Virus record (IMG/VR): IMGVR_UViG_3300022177_000054
Coordinates: 1-37,881 of that record
DNA length: 37,881 nucleotides
Direction: 5' to 3' (one strand)
DNA from: a virus
Taxonomy: Duplodnaviria > Caudoviricetes
Below are positions 36,345 through 37,881 of the stretch, piece by piece. A model generated the notes under the pieces. The model was not told the origin of the DNA. It saw only the letters and a program-made list of their open reading frames with translations, and searched no databases. Both the position numbers and the translations under genes were made by a program. Every line of letters begins with the position of its first letter. Positions within the stretch are counted from its first letter, which is position 1.

Positions 36345-37881
36345 GCCTGTTGCAAATAATGCCATAGGGCAGAAAAGGGTCGCGGCCTATGCGAGGGTTT
36401 CAACAGACAACGACGAGCAGCTTTCAAGCTATGAGGCGCAGGTAGATTACTATACAAGACACATCAAGTCGAATCCAGAGTGGGATTTTGTGGAGGTCTA
36501 TGCCGACGAGGGCATTTCGGCCACCACCACAAAAAGACGCGACGGTTTCAACAGAATGATTGCCGATGCCTTGGATGGAAAAATCGACTTAATTATTACA
36601 AAGTCGATATCCCGTTTTGCCCGAAACACTGTGGATACACTTACAGCGGTCCGCCAGCTAAAGGAAAAAGGCGTGGAGGTCCGCTTCGAGAAAGAGAATA
36701 TATGCACCATGGACAGTAAAGGAGAGCTTCTGATTACGATTATGTCATCGTTGGCCCAAGAGGAATCAAGGTCGCTAAGCGAAAATGTTACTTGGGGCCA
36801 GCGAAAGCGCTTTGCCGATGGCAAGGTAAGCCTTCCATACAAGCAGTTTCTTGGCTATGAAAAAGGTGAAGACGGCCTGCCGAAAATTGTTGAAAAGGAA
36901 GCTGAGGTCGTAAGGCTTATATATAGACTCTTCTTGGAAGGGAAAACAATGGCATGCATAGCAAGGAATCTTGTTGAAAAAGGCATACCGACACCTAGCG
37001 GCAAAAAAAGATGGCAATCAAGCACGGTAATGAGCATACTAACCAATGAAAAATATAAGGGAGACGCCATCCTTCAAAAGACATTCACAGTAGATTTCTT
37101 AACTAAGAAGAAGAAAGTCAACGAGGGTGAGGTTCCGCAGTACTACGTCGAAAACAGTCATCCTGCCATCATAACTCCTGAGGCATTCGACCTTGTCCAA
37201 AGCGAGATAAAAAAACGCAGGGAAGCCAAAGGGTATAAGACCGGAGGCAACTGCTTTTCTGGAAAAATCATATGCGGGGAATGCGGAAGCTTTTACGGCA
37301 AGAAGGTCTGGCATTCCACGACAAAATATCGCCGGATAATCTGGCAGTGCAACCATAAGTTTAAAAATGATATAAGGTGTAAAACTACGCATCTATATGA
37401 AGACAAAATTAAAGATGTATTTGTGGAAGTATTTAATGAAATTATTAATAACAGAAATGAATTTCTGCAATGTTATGAAGATATGATTAAAGCCTTAACA
37501 GATACATCTACACTTGATAAAGAAATTGCTAAGAAGCAGGAAGAATTAGAAATTGTAGCAGAGATGTTACGTAAAAGCGTACAGGAAAATGCAAATTTCA
37601 CATTAAATCAAGAAGAATATCAGCAGCGTTACAGCGCCCTTTATCAGCGCTATGAAAATGAACAGAAAGGGATTGCCGAAATAAACGACAAAAAGAGGGA
37701 GCAAAACGGTAAATATGAAAGCATAATGGAATTCATACGTAGGCTGGAGCAGAGTAAAACCCTGCTGACTGAGTTTGATGAAGGGCTTTGGAATTCTATT
37801 GTTGAAGCTATAAAGGTGCATTCAGAAAATAGGGCATCATTATTTTTTAAGGATGGAACTGAGCTGGAATTGAATATTTAG
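36292..37881 (+). CDS. Large serine recombinase 2
   Basis: AYARVST, KSISRFARN, CGECG zinc ribbon, long coiled coil. Confidence 0.95.
   Translation: MSSVRAVRMIPATARLYEPVANNAIGQKRVAAYARVSTDNDEQLSSYEAQVDYYTRHIKSNPEWDFVEVYADEGISATTTKRRDGFNRMIADALDGKIDLIITKSISRFARNTVDTLTAVRQLKEKGVEVRFEKENICTMDSKGELLITIMSSLAQEESRSLSENVTWGQRKRFADGKVSLPYKQFLGYEKGEDGLPKIVEKEAEVVRLIYRLFLEGKTMACIARNLVEKGIPTPSGKKRWQSSTVMSILTNEKYKGDAILQKTFTVDFLTKKKKVNEGEVPQYYVENSHPAIITPEAFDLVQSEIKKRREAKGYKTGGNCFSGKIICGECGSFYGKKVWHSTTKYRRIIWQCNHKFKNDIRCKTTHLYEDKIKDVFVEVFNEIINNRNEFLQCYEDMIKALTDTSTLDKEIAKKQEELEIVAEMLRKSVQENANFTLNQEEYQQRYSALYQRYENEQKGIAEINDKKREQNGKYESIMEFIRRLEQSKTLLTEFDEGLWNSIVEAIKVHSENRASLFFKDGTELELNI

Larger units (their letters stand above)
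1..37881. mobile_element. Temperate siphovirus-like prophage, near-complete gene set, att sites not visible
   Basis: Immunity, replication, packaging, head, tail, lysis and recombinase modules in canonical order; no evident host housekeeping genes; window starts and ends at stop codons. Confidence 0.95.

Noticed and set aside
37360-37650. AT-richer patch in recombinase 2 as a mosaic junction or att site
   Set aside because: Frame is intact and Lys/Glu/Asn/Ile-rich coiled coil can explain the composition; cannot be supported without homolog alignment.
2933-37821. Numerous minus-strand ORFs from the track, such as 14800-15294 and 27454-28047
   Set aside because: They lie antisense to well-supported genes and show no recognisable motifs; treated as shadow ORFs.
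1-37881. tRNA, rRNA or attL/attR sites
   Set aside because: No cloverleaf or rRNA-like sequence noticed; window ends at gene boundaries, so att sites are probably outside.

Overview
The whole window is one temperate siphovirus-type prophage, probably from a Clostridia/Firmicutes host (inferred from strong GGAGG ribosome-binding sites and gene families). It is trimmed at gene ends, so no att sites are visible. Order: ImmA/IrrE protease, Xre repressor and divergent Cro with four 18-bp operators; a replication block (split SNF2 helicase, family A DNA polymerase, P4-type primase-helicase, then an iteron-like origin); VRR-NUC, late activator, HNH and a probable cos region; an accessory block before terS (HTH-zinc protein, ParB-methyltransferase, HNH-AP2, amidoligase cassette array); HK97-type head genes; tail genes with a predicted -1 frameshift; holin and endolysin; then HTH-zinc, SHOCT and two tandem large serine recombinases. 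Best candidate for an undescribed system: 13950-16887, three cassettes each headed by an identical 33-bp element with a hairpin at the RBS. They encode an amidoligase, a gamma-glutamylcyclotransferase and an apparently catalytically dead amidoligase paralog. The core motif recurs before the recombinases. Also notable: a Phd-fusion plus PD-(D/E)xK-like moron, a Nim-family moron, and an SSB-like acidic tail on the ImmA protease. All family calls come from motif recognition by eye; no database search was run.
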